A stretch of DNA of 29,359 nucleotides from the NCBI GenBank assembly GCA_043822705.1, contig JBDRBK010000130.1, positions 1-29,359 on the forward strand, written 5' to 3'. Below the pieces are notes generated by a model. It was not told the origin of the DNA and ran no database searches. It worked only from the letters and a program-made list of their open reading frames with translations. This DNA comes from Fidelibacterota bacterium (GTDB lineage: Bacteria > Fidelibacterota > Marinisomatia > Marinisomatales > TCS56). Both the position numbers and the translations under genes were made by a program. This document shows positions 18,527-27,586 of the stretch, piece after piece (positions within the stretch are counted from its first letter, which is position 1; each line of letters begins with the position of its first letter).

Positions 18527-19265
18527 ACAACTTAAGGTGTTGATCGTCGACGACGATAAAAGAATGGTTAAAACGCTGGTCGATATCTTCCGGGTTAAAG
18601 GCCTGACGGCAGTCGGCGCCGCTTCCGGCGCGATCGCCCTGGAAACGATTCGGAGCGGCAAATTTGATTGCGTCCTGACTGATATTCGCATGCCGGATAT
18701 GAACGGTGTGGAACTGGCCAAAAAGGTGCACGGCATTACACCGGCATTGCCGGTGGTGCTGATGTCCGCTTTCAGCGATGCGACGCTGATTGAGGAAGGC
18801 CTGACCGACGGCGCCGTCGCCGCTCTCTCCAAACCGCTGGACATCAACCTGATATTGAATCTATTCGCGAGTCTGACCAAAGAAACCAGTATCGTCATCG
18901 TCGATGACGATATCAATTTCAGCAAAACACTGGCAGATATCCTGAATGTCCGCAATTTCAAGGTAGTCGTGGTGCCGGATCCGCATGATGCCCTGGAGTA
19001 CATCGACACCGCAATACAGGTAGTTCTGCTGGATATGAAGCTGAACGCGATCAGCGGCTACGATGTGCTGCTGCAGATTCGCAAAAAATATCCGAACCTG
19101 CCGGTGATCCTGGTGACCGGGCACCGCAAGGAAATGGCCGCTGTCATCGATAGTGCGCTGGATCTGCGGGCTTTTACCTGCCTCTATAAGCCGTTTGCGA
19201 TCGAGGAATTGCTAAATACCCTGGAGCAGATCACGCGCCAGGGATTGAAAAAAATGCTGGGCTGA
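18519..19265 (+). CDS. Dual receiver-domain protein with no output domain
   Basis: Two complete REC domains (VDDD..TDIRMPDMNG..MSA..KP and VDDD..LDMKL..VTG..KP). Confidence 0.93.
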   Translation: MDKQLKVLIVDDDKRMVKTLVDIFRVKGLTAVGAASGAIALETIRSGKFDCVLTDIRMPDMNGVELAKKVHGITPALPVVLMSAFSDATLIEEGLTDGAVAALSKPLDINLILNLFASLTKETSIVIVDDDINFSKTLADILNVRNFKVVVVPDPHDALEYIDTAIQVVLLDMKLNAISGYDVLLQIRKKYPNLPVILVTGHRKEMAAVIDSALDLRAFTCLYKPFAIEELLNTLEQITRQGLKKMLG

Positions 19266-19284
19266 ATTTCCAACCGGGAGCGCT

Positions 19285-22200
19285 ATGGCCAACCACAGAA
19301 TTTTAATTGTTGACGACGATCCCCGAATCAGAAAAACACTGGCCGATATTCTGACGATCAAAGGGTACGACTGTGAGACGGTCAGCGGCAGCCGGGAAGC
19401 GCTGGATTATCTGACCCGGGAAATTCCCGATCTGGCCCTGATCGATCTCAAACTGGAAGACGGTTCGGGCATCGATCTGCTGACCGAGATCAAGGCATTC
19501 GCCCCGGGTGTGGAATGTATTCTGCTGACGGGTTTTGCCTCGCAGGAAACCGCCATCCAGGCCTTGAATCACGGCGCATTCAGCTACCTGCAGAAACCCT
19601 ACGATATCGAGCAACTGCTGCTGGCGATCCGGCGCGCGCTGGAAAAAGCGTTTGCCGAAAAAGCGGTGCTGCAATCGGAAAATGACTATCGCCAGTTGTT
19701 CGAGGCCGCCCACGATGCGATCATCATTTTCCGGCCAGACAATGAAATTGTGCTGAATGTCAATTCCGCTGCCTGTGAACTTTATGGCTATACGCGCGAT
19801 GAATTCATCGGTATGTCCCTGCGGCAGGTATCGACCAACGTCGCCACCGGCGAACGGCGAGTGGCTGAAATCGTCGGCGAAAAAATGCCCTTGTCGTTCG
19901 AAACCAATCATGTGCGCCGGAACGGCGATGAAATTGCGGTGGAAATAACCGCCGTTATGATCGAATTCGGCGGCGACCCGGCAATTCTGAGCGTCACCCG
20001 TGATATTACCGAACGGAAGATCGCGCTGGCGACCCTGCAGGAAAGCGAAGAGCGCTGGCGTTCATTGGCGGAAAGCTCGCCCGATCATATTTTAACCCTA
20101 AACCGGGACCTGGAAATCGTATTCGCCAATTATGCCGCACCGGGCCTGACCGTCGCCGATCTGATCGGGAAAAAACTGTATCAGTTTGTAGACAAATCAC
20201 ACCAGGCCAAGATCAAGGCGCTGCTTAAAAGCGTGATCGAAAAACGTAAAGATGTGCGCTACGAAACCGAGTATATCGCTCCCGACGGCGGGAAGATTTA
20301 TTATGAGACCCATGCCCTGCCGCAAATACTCGGCGACGATGTAGTCGGCTTGACCATGAGCGCCCGTGATATCAGCGAACGCAAACTGGTCGAGCAAACA
20401 ATCGCCGAACGATCACGGGAACTGGCACTGATCAACGAATTGAATGAGGCTGCCAATGGCGGCGCCACAATTAGCGAGCTGATCGACCTGTTCAGCAGCG
20501 GATCCAACCGGCTTTTTCCGAATTACGGTGCCGTGGTTTATCTGGTAAATGCCGGTGGCGACAGCCTGGAGCTGTATAACAGCGGTTTAACCGGGACGTT
20601 GCTGGAAAAAATTGCCGGGCTGCTGGGAACCACGATTCCCAAGGTCAGGATACCGCTGTCCGCCGACAGTATCTTCACCCGCATCCTGGCCGGTGAAAAA
20701 CTGGCGGTATTCGAGGATCCCGCCGATATCAGGCAAATGATCACCGAACATGCCCGGACGGCCGGTCTGTCCCGGCTGGTCGGTAGTGTTTATAAATTGT
20801 TGGGCATCAAGCTGGTAGTCACGATTCTGCTCCGTTCCGGGCAGAAGACGATTGGCCTGCTGATGGTATCGGAAGGACTGGCGGACGAAAGCGATCGCGT
20901 CCGTCTGGAACGGATCGCCAATCAGTTGACCGGTCTGATCCGGCGCAAACAGGCGGAAGAAGGGGTGATCCAATCAGCGCAGGAATGGCAGGCCACCTTT
21001 AACGCCATGAGCGACGCGATCTGGCTGGTTGACATGGATGGAAAAATCGTTCGGCATAATCAGACAACAGCGGATTGGCTGCAGACCGGAACTGCTGCCA
21101 TCGACGGCCGATACTGCTGGGAACTAGTCCATGGCACCAGTGCGCCGATTCCCGAATGCCCGATCCTGAAAATGAAAAAATCACTGCGGCGGGAATCCCG
21201 GGAGCTGCCACTGGGGGAGCGCTGGATCGATATTACCGTGGACCCGATTCTTGATTCGGACCACAAGCTTAGTGGCGCTGTGCATATTATCAAAGATATC
21301 ACGGAACGCAAGACAACAGAAATACTGATCCGGCAGGAGCGCGACCGGGCGCAGATGTACCTCGACGTGGCTGGAGCCCTGTTCATTGGTCTCGACCAGC
21401 GGGGCCGGATCACATTGGCCAACCGCGTCGCCCGGGAAGTACTCGAAATCGGTGAAGCTAACATTATCGGCCGTGACTGGTTTGCCAATTTTTTACCGCA
21501 GCGCCTGCGCCGAATGGTCAAAGCGGTATTTAAGCAGATAATAACCGGTGAAGTAAAAGCGGTTGAATTTTTTGAAAATGAGGTGCTGACCGCCACCGGC
21601 AAGGAAAAGATCATCTACTGGCATAATTCGGAATTGCGGGACGCTGATGGTGCAATCGTCGGTTTGCTCAGCTCCGGCATCGATGTTACCGAGCGCAAGC
21701 GCGCCGAGCTGGAAGTGCTGGAATACAGCCAGCGGCTCAAACGTTTGACGCATTATCTGCGTGATTCGATCGAGCAGGAACGGATGCGCATATCCCGCGA
21801 GATTCACGACGAACTGGGGCAGGCCCTGACGGCGATGAAGATTGATCTGGACCTGATGCGGGAAGACATTCAGGATACGGATAAAGTCCTGAGAAAAATC
21901 GATGGTGTCAGCGATCTGATCAACCACACCCTGACCCAGACCCGTCGAATTTCGGCCGACCTGCGCCCCAGCATCCTGGATGACCTGGGTCTGGTGCCGG
22001 CGCTGGAATGGTACATTGATGATTTTGCGGAGCGCACCGGGATTCGTTGCCGGTTCACTAATTTATTCAAAGTTTCGGAGGTCCCAGCAACGACGGGGAC
22101 GGTGATTTTCCGGGTTCTGGTGGAGGCCATGACCAACGCCGTGCGCCATTCCCGGGCGGATACGATCACGATCCGGTTATGGAATACCAGGAACGAAATA

Positions 22201-22413
22201 AAATTAAAGGTCCATGACAACGGGATCGGCATTTCGGCGACGGCCATGGCGAATAAAAAATCGCTGGGTCTGATCGGCATGCAGGAACGGGTGCAATTTT
22301 ACGGCGGCCGGATAGCCATCAGCGGTCGCCCTGACAAGGGTACCGAAATCCTGATGCAGTTGCCGCTGGAAAGCACGACCGATCCGGAGCGGATTCCGGG
22401 AGGAAAGTCATGA
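19285..22413 (+). CDS. REC-PAS-PAS-GAF-PAS-PAS-HisKA_3-HATPase histidine kinase
   Basis: N-terminal REC; four PAS units (RDITE, RDISE, KDITE, IDVTE); GAF-like segment ending IANQLTGLIRRK; RISREIHDELGQALT, EAMTNAVRHS, DNGIG and GLIGMQER. Confidence 0.95.
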   Translation: MANHRILIVDDDPRIRKTLADILTIKGYDCETVSGSREALDYLTREIPDLALIDLKLEDGSGIDLLTEIKAFAPGVECILLTGFASQETAIQALNHGAFSYLQKPYDIEQLLLAIRRALEKAFAEKAVLQSENDYRQLFEAAHDAIIIFRPDNEIVLNVNSAACELYGYTRDEFIGMSLRQVSTNVATGERRVAEIVGEKMPLSFETNHVRRNGDEIAVEITAVMIEFGGDPAILSVTRDITERKIALATLQESEERWRSLAESSPDHILTLNRDLEIVFANYAAPGLTVADLIGKKLYQFVDKSHQAKIKALLKSVIEKRKDVRYETEYIAPDGGKIYYETHALPQILGDDVVGLTMSARDISERKLVEQTIAERSRELALINELNEAANGGATISELIDLFSSGSNRLFPNYGAVVYLVNAGGDSLELYNSGLTGTLLEKIAGLLGTTIPKVRIPLSADSIFTRILAGEKLAVFEDPADIRQMITEHARTAGLSRLVGSVYKLLGIKLVVTILLRSGQKTIGLLMVSEGLADESDRVRLERIANQLTGLIRRKQAEEGVIQSAQEWQATFNAMSDAIWLVDMDGKIVRHNQTTADWLQTGTAAIDGRYCWELVHGTSAPIPECPILKMKKSLRRESRELPLGERWIDITVDPILDSDHKLSGAVHIIKDITERKTTEILIRQERDRAQMYLDVAGALFIGLDQRGRITLANRVAREVLEIGEANIIGRDWFANFLPQRLRRMVKAVFKQIITGEVKAVEFFENEVLTATGKEKIIYWHNSELRDADGAIVGLLSSGIDVTERKRAELEVLEYSQRLKRLTHYLRDSIEQERMRISREIHDELGQALTAMKIDLDLMREDIQDTDKVLRKIDGVSDLINHTLTQTRRISADLRPSILDDLGLVPALEWYIDDFAERTGIRCRFTNLFKVSEVPATTGTVIFRVLVEAMTNAVRHSRADTITIRLWNTRNEIKLKVHDNGIGISATAMANKKSLGLIGMQERVQFYGGRIAISGRPDKGTEILMQLPLESTTDPERIPGGKS

Positions 22414-23036
22414 ACATCCTGATTTGCGACGATCACCCGATCGTCCGCCAGGGATTGAAAGATATCATTACCCGGATTTCCGGTTTCACCGTGGTGGGTG
22501 AGGTCGGTGACGGCGATGCCGCCCTGCAGTTTATCAGCCGTAACCCGGTGGAGGTCCTGATCCTGGATATTTCGCTGCCGGGCCGCGACGGCATCGAAAT
22601 CCTCAAACAGGTCAAGAGTATTCATCCCGATATCCGTGTGCTGATCCTGAGCATGCATGCCGAGGAACAGTATGCCCAGCGCGCCTTCCGCAACGGCGCC
22701 CACGGCTACATCACCAAGAATAATGTCGTGGCCGAGTTGTCCAAGGCGCTCACCAATATTGTCGCCGGCCGTAAATATATATCTGATCATTTTTCGGCGC
22801 TGCTGCTGGACAGCATCGGTGGCGGCGTCGTCCGGCGCTACAAGAAACTGACCGACCGGGAATACCAGGTGTTTATCCAGATCGCCGCCGGCAAACCGGT
22901 CGGTCAGATCGCCCGGGAGCTCCTCTTGAGCGTGAAAACGGTCAGCACCTATCGCCACCGGGTCCTGGAAAAAATGCAGTTGAAGCAGAATGCCGAGCTG
23001 ACCCGCTATGCGATTGAGAACGGCCTGTTAGATTGA
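22410..23036 (+). CDS. NarL/UvrY-family response regulator (REC + LuxR HTH)
   Basis: CDDHPIVRQG, LDISLPG, LSMH, LTDREYQV and LSVKTVSTYRHRVLEKM; GGAGG RBS; ATGA overlap with the kinase. Confidence 0.96.
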   Translation: MNILICDDHPIVRQGLKDIITRISGFTVVGEVGDGDAALQFISRNPVEVLILDISLPGRDGIEILKQVKSIHPDIRVLILSMHAEEQYAQRAFRNGAHGYITKNNVVAELSKALTNIVAGRKYISDHFSALLLDSIGGGVVRRYKKLTDREYQVFIQIAAGKPVGQIARELLLSVKTVSTYRHRVLEKMQLKQNAELTRYAIENGLLD

Positions 23037-23104
23037 TCGCTCATAGTCACCGGCGATTCCGGTGAGCGATGCCTGAAGCGCCGGCAAAAACAGGTGCTGT
23101 TGAA

Positions 23105-23145
23105 TGTAGGATTTTTCCTACCGGATTATACAATACGGTCTTACA
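23105..23145 (+). promoter_or_regulatory. Putative NarL/UvrY-type operator array (copy 3)
   Basis: Perfect core palindrome GTAGGA-TTTT-TCCTAC (23106-23121); a second right half-site TCTTACA at 23139, 23 bp after TCCTACC at 23116. Confidence 0.65.
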
Positions 23146-23222
23146 TACAAATACCGCCGGCAGTTATAGATTTGATCGTGAAGATAAACAATTATGCCAC
23201 CGACAAAGCCACAGGATTGAAT

Positions 23223-23579
23223 GTGAAAATTTTTATTGCTGACGACTCACAGCTGTTGCAGGAACGCCTGATAACGATCCTGTCGCGCACGAGTTCGATC
23301 GAAATCGTCGGGCGTGCCTTCGATGTGAAAGAGGCAATCGCCGGGATAAAAAATACCAGGCCCGATGTTGTATTCCTGGATATCCGGATGCCGGACGGCA
23401 CCGGTTTCGAAGTAATGGATAAAATCAAACAGAATGGGAAAATTCCAATTTTCATTATTCTTACCAATTATTCCTACCACCAGTACCGTCAGCGGGCGGT
23501 GGAGATGGGGGCTAAGTATTTTCTCGAGAAAGACAAGGATTTCAGTCGCATTCCGGCGATCATCGCCGAGCTGGAATGA
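23223..23579 (+). CDS. Stand-alone NarL-type receiver domain protein
   Basis: IADDS, LDIRMPDGTG, LTN and FLEK; GTG at 23223 follows AGGA by 6 nt, so the ORF-track start at 23094 is probably too far upstream. Confidence 0.9.
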   Translation: MKIFIADDSQLLQERLITILSRTSSIEIVGRAFDVKEAIAGIKNTRPDVVFLDIRMPDGTGFEVMDKIKQNGKIPIFIILTNYSYHQYRQRAVEMGAKYFLEKDKDFSRIPAIIAELE

Positions 23580-23747
23580 CGTTTTAATTGCAGTCGAAAC
23601 CGGGTAGTACCGGCGGGCAATTCCACCTATCAAAAAGAATAATATTCGCAACCGTCAAACCGCTTCTCTCGATTGGCCGCAGAATACAATGAACCCTGAT
23701 CGATTCACCAAACCGTCGCCTCTGGTAGACTGAAACACCACAAAATA

Positions 23748-24191
23748 ATGCGAAAACCATTGGTACCAACTACTGTTGGACTTGATCCTGACCGGCGGCA
23801 AATTGATCCGGCTGTCAGCAAAGCAGCCGCTGCCATTCTGGTGGTCGAGGATGATCGTGGGTCACAGCAGTACATTGAAGTATTGCTGGGCAATAAATAT
23901 CGGTTATATTTCGCCGAATCCGTAACCGGTGCCCGGCAGGTGCTGAGCGCAATCGGTGCCTGTGAGCTGATCCTGCTGGATCTGTCACTGGATGGCGAGG
24001 AAGACGGCCTCGATCTGGTGCGGTTTTTAAAGAACCAGGAAAAGTGGCGGCAAATACCGATCGTTGTTACTTCGGCCCACGTTTTTATCGCCGACAAAGA
24101 ACGTTGTTTGTCCGCCGGCTGCGTTGATTATCTGACCAAACCATTAGCACGGAATAAACTGTTGGAATGTGTCGAGCACTGGATCAGTTAA
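23748..24191 (+). CDS. Stand-alone CheY-like receiver protein
   Basis: VEDD, LLDLSLDG, TSAH and AGCVDYLTKP; exact start uncertain. Confidence 0.88.
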   Translation: MRKPLVPTTVGLDPDRRQIDPAVSKAAAAILVVEDDRGSQQYIEVLLGNKYRLYFAESVTGARQVLSAIGACELILLDLSLDGEEDGLDLVRFLKNQEKWRQIPIVVTSAHVFIADKERCLSAGCVDYLTKPLARNKLLECVEHWIS

Positions 24192-24292
24192 TCGATCGCG
24201 CCCGGCAACCGCGTTTTTATTGTTGACTTGCCGAATTCAATGGTATTCTTATCGGCATTGATATAAATTTGGCTGGATTAGTCTGATAAGTA

Positions 24293-26983
24293 ATGAATAA
24301 TCAATTACAAATATTAATTATTGACGGTAATGCCTCTGATGTGCAGCAGGTCCGCGAATTTCTGCAGGCAATTACTACTTTAAAGTGTAGGGTTGTTTGG
24401 GAAAAAACACTTGCCTCCGGACTGGAAAAATTCGCGGCAGGTAAGTTTGATCTGGTGTTGCTGGATTCAATATTAGCGGGCGAATCCGGTACGGTGACAC
24501 TCAAGGATTGCATCAAGAAAATGCATCAATGCCCGGTGATCGTTCTATCGTCTCTGGATGACCGGGCGGTAGCCTATTCCACCGTGCAACTCGGCGCCCA
24601 GGATTATCTGATTAAAGCCGATCTCAACCCGGATATGCTGGAGCGAACGATACGATATTCCATCGAGCGCCACCGCCTGTCAGCGGAACTGGCCGGCGCC
24701 AAAGAACGGTTCGAGCTGCTATTCAGTATCGGCAACGATTCGATATTCGTATTCAGCCTGGAAGAGAACGGCGTACCCGGGAAATTTCGTGAACTGAACC
24801 GGATTCCCAGTGATGAATACGGCTATTCCCGGGAAGAATTCCTGGCGCTGACACCGTTCGATATTACGGCCCCCGATGAGCATGAAAAACTGACTGCCAG
24901 CATCCGGCGGTTGAAGAATAACAAGACGTCGCTTTTCGAGACAATTCACGTATCCCGTGACGGTTACCGGTTCGCGGTGGAGATCAATGCCCGGCAATTT
25001 TGTCTGGGGCGGGAAGAAATGGTATTTTGGGTCGTCCGGGATATAACCGACCGGGTCGCTTCCGAGCGGGAAATGCGGGAATCAGAAATGAAGTACCGTT
25101 CCGTGGCCCAGTCGGCCAGTGATGCCATTATCTCGGCCAGTTACGACGGCATCATTGTTTCCTGGAACATGGCGGCCAATAAATTATTCGGATACAGCGA
25201 ATCCGAGACTTTGGGGCAGAGGCTGGACCTAATAATACCGGAACGTTACCGTCAGCGACATCAGAAAGCCGTTGACCGTTATCTGAAGACCGGCCGCCCG
25301 CAATTGTCGGGTCGAACAGTCGAACTGGCCGGTCTGCATAAATACGGCTCCGAGATTCCGATCGAATTGTCGTTGTCGTCCTGGGAACTGGTCGGGGATA
25401 TCTATTTTACATCGATAATCCGCGACATCAGCGAACGGATCAAAGCCACAGAAGCTTTGCAGGAAAGCGAGGAAAAATTCCGCGCCCTCTTCGAGGAGTC
25501 GCGCGATACGATCTTCATCTCGACACCGGAGGGGTGGCTGGTGGATATCAACCAGGCCGGTCTGGATCTGTTCGGCTATTCCCGTGACGATGTTGATAAG
25601 GTGAATATCCAGGATTTATACGTCGATAAAAGTGAACGCCGGGAAGTCCTTACACGACTAAATGAAACCGGTTTTGTGAACGAAGTTGAAGTGCGGTTGA
25701 AACACAAAACAGGTAAGATCATTTACTGCCTGTTGACAGCGGTACTCCGGAAATTAAGTAACGGAGAAATCCAGTTTCAGGGTATTATTCATGACATATC
25801 CAACCGCATTCAATATCAGCAGGAACTTGAGTTTGCCCTGGAAAAAGCCCAGATGGGCGAAAGGGTAAAATCGTTGTTTCTGGCCAATATGTCCCATGAA
25901 ATCAGAACGCCGCTGAATTCGATTCTGGGATTCAGCGAATTATTAGGCGAATTACTGGATACATCCGCCAATCCGGAAGTAGCGGAATTTGCGGGTATTA
26001 TCCGCCACAGCAGCGACCGGCTGCTGCGAACGGTTCACGAAATTCTGGACCTATCGGCGATCGAGGCGGAGGCGTTTGAGGTACAACCGGAAGATTTTGA
26101 ACTGGCCGGTTTGATCAAGACGATTGTAGATGAGTTGCAGCCCCAGGCCCAGACTAAACAATTAAAACTGCAGTTCAGTTCTCAATCGCTAAATTCTCAT
26201 ATCAAGGCCGACCGGCACTGTATCAACGAAGCGATCAGCAACCTGATCGATAACGCCATCAAGTATACCGAAGTCGGTAGCGTCAAGGTCACTTTGAAAG
26301 AATTGAGCAATAATCTGGTCGTGGAAATCAGCGACACCGGAATCGGGATGTCACCGGAATATCTCGATCAAATGTTCCAGGCCTTTTCCCAGGAAAGCAG
26401 CGGTTACACCAAAAAATACCAGGGCATCGGCTTGGGCCTGGCCCTGACCAAGCGCTATCTTGACTTGAATGATGTGGAACTGACGGTGGATAGCGAAAAA
26501 AGTGTTGGCACCAGTTTCAGGCTGGTATTTAAACAAACCGGTCAGGCGGTAGTGCCGACAGTCGGGACGGTGACCAAACGACCGACGCCAACGACGGCAA
26601 AAAAGACTGATTCAAAACCGGTGGTATTGGTGGTGGAGGATGATATTAATTCCCGGAACCTGCTGACCTATTTTCTGCAATCCGGCTATCAACTGGTTTT
26701 CTCCGTAGCCGTGCAACCAGCGCTTGAAATTATCCAGTCCAAAAAGGTAGATCTGATTCTGCTGGACTTATCCCTGGATGGTAATGATAATGGCTTGGAT
26801 CTGCTCCATGTCCTGCGGCAATCGGGTAAATATCAGAATCTGCCGGTAATTGCCACGACCGCCCACGCTTTCAGCTCCGATCGTGATAATTGCGTGGCGG
26901 CCGGCTGCAACGATTACCTGCCCAAACCGATCAATCAAAAAAAGCTGCTGAAAAAGATCGACGCTTTATTGCAATCAGTGTGA
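24293..26983 (+). CDS. Hybrid histidine kinase REC-PAS-PAS-PAS-HisKA-HATPase-REC
   Basis: FLANMSHEIRTPLNSILGF, NLIDNAIKYT, DTGIGM and GIGLGL; three PAS units; receivers at both termini. Confidence 0.96.
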   Translation: MNNQLQILIIDGNASDVQQVREFLQAITTLKCRVVWEKTLASGLEKFAAGKFDLVLLDSILAGESGTVTLKDCIKKMHQCPVIVLSSLDDRAVAYSTVQLGAQDYLIKADLNPDMLERTIRYSIERHRLSAELAGAKERFELLFSIGNDSIFVFSLEENGVPGKFRELNRIPSDEYGYSREEFLALTPFDITAPDEHEKLTASIRRLKNNKTSLFETIHVSRDGYRFAVEINARQFCLGREEMVFWVVRDITDRVASEREMRESEMKYRSVAQSASDAIISASYDGIIVSWNMAANKLFGYSESETLGQRLDLIIPERYRQRHQKAVDRYLKTGRPQLSGRTVELAGLHKYGSEIPIELSLSSWELVGDIYFTSIIRDISERIKATEALQESEEKFRALFEESRDTIFISTPEGWLVDINQAGLDLFGYSRDDVDKVNIQDLYVDKSERREVLTRLNETGFVNEVEVRLKHKTGKIIYCLLTAVLRKLSNGEIQFQGIIHDISNRIQYQQELEFALEKAQMGERVKSLFLANMSHEIRTPLNSILGFSELLGELLDTSANPEVAEFAGIIRHSSDRLLRTVHEILDLSAIEAEAFEVQPEDFELAGLIKTIVDELQPQAQTKQLKLQFSSQSLNSHIKADRHCINEAISNLIDNAIKYTEVGSVKVTLKELSNNLVVEISDTGIGMSPEYLDQMFQAFSQESSGYTKKYQGIGLGLALTKRYLDLNDVELTVDSEKSVGTSFRLVFKQTGQAVVPTVGTVTKRPTPTTAKKTDSKPVVLVVEDDINSRNLLTYFLQSGYQLVFSVAVQPALEIIQSKKVDLILLDLSLDGNDNGLDLLHVLRQSGKYQNLPVIATTAHAFSSDRDNCVAAGCNDYLPKPINQKKLLKKIDALLQSV

Positions 26984-27085
26984 GTTTTTGCCAGCGGATC
27001 ATGCCTGGCGGCGGCATGGTCATTCCACAGCGATCAGGTGCAGCCGGACTGATTCCAATCAGCGCTGAAAATGACCGGTTTATTC

Positions 27086-27114
27086 TTGCTTATTATCTGT
27101 ATTAACTATACTAT
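27086..27114 (+). promoter_or_regulatory. Putative sigma70 promoter for the lipoprotein gene
   Basis: TTGCTT-17 nt-TACTAT, followed by an AAGGAGG RBS. Confidence 0.45.
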
Positions 27115-27148
27115 ATGACCATCAATGTGATTTACTTAAGGAGGTCCG

Positions 27149-27511
27149 ATGAAACAACATCATTTTTTGGCCGTCATATTTTTAGTACTGACAGCCTGTT
27201 CGGAGAATCCGACGAACAGCGACGAATTCGGACGAATTTATATACTGTCGGTCGTCGTCGAGCCGACCGATGCCGAGTCGGTTACGATCATGAATAATAT
27301 TGGTTTTTCTATAAATATTTCCGGCTGGACCCTGGGCGATTCAAGGGCTCCGCAGGGATTCAAAATTCCCGAGGGAACCGTGATGAAGCAGAGTGATACC
27401 CTGCAATTCACGCATGACGTGCTGGGATTCAAGATCAATAATATCGAGGAAGTTATTTATCTTAAAAACCGGTATGGTCGACTGATCGATATCTGGGAGA
27501 GCGAATCTTAG
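27149..27511 (+). CDS. Lipoprotein with lamin-tail domain
   Basis: Lipobox LTAC; E.VTI.N....INISGWTLGD..FKIPEGT..GFKINN..EVIYLKN..GRLID follows the lamin-tail pattern; strong RBS. Confidence 0.82.
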   Translation: MKQHHFLAVIFLVLTACSENPTNSDEFGRIYILSVVVEPTDAESVTIMNNIGFSINISGWTLGDSRAPQGFKIPEGTVMKQSDTLQFTHDVLGFKINNIEEVIYLKNRYGRLIDIWESES

Positions 27512-27586
27512 TCAGGCGGTAGGACTCAACCTCAGCGGATAGCTGGTTGCAGCACTGCTAATTTCAGGACCTGGTCGCCGACCAGA

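Noticed and set aside
19303..22958. Further minus-strand ORFs inside the kinase and regulator genes
   Set aside because: Same antisense-shadow artefact.
23094..23222. N-terminal extension of the receiver ORF given in the ORF track
   Set aside because: It overlaps the operator array; GTG at 23223 has an RBS and starts at the receiver boundary.
24197..24249. Terminator and promoter between the free receiver and the hybrid kinase
   Set aside because: The stem is only 4 bp and TTGACT to TATTCT spacing is 15 nt; too weak to call, although an extended -10 is possible.
9343..26983. Signalling island as a mobile element
   Set aside because: No integrase, transposase, tRNA anchor or flanking direct repeats were seen.
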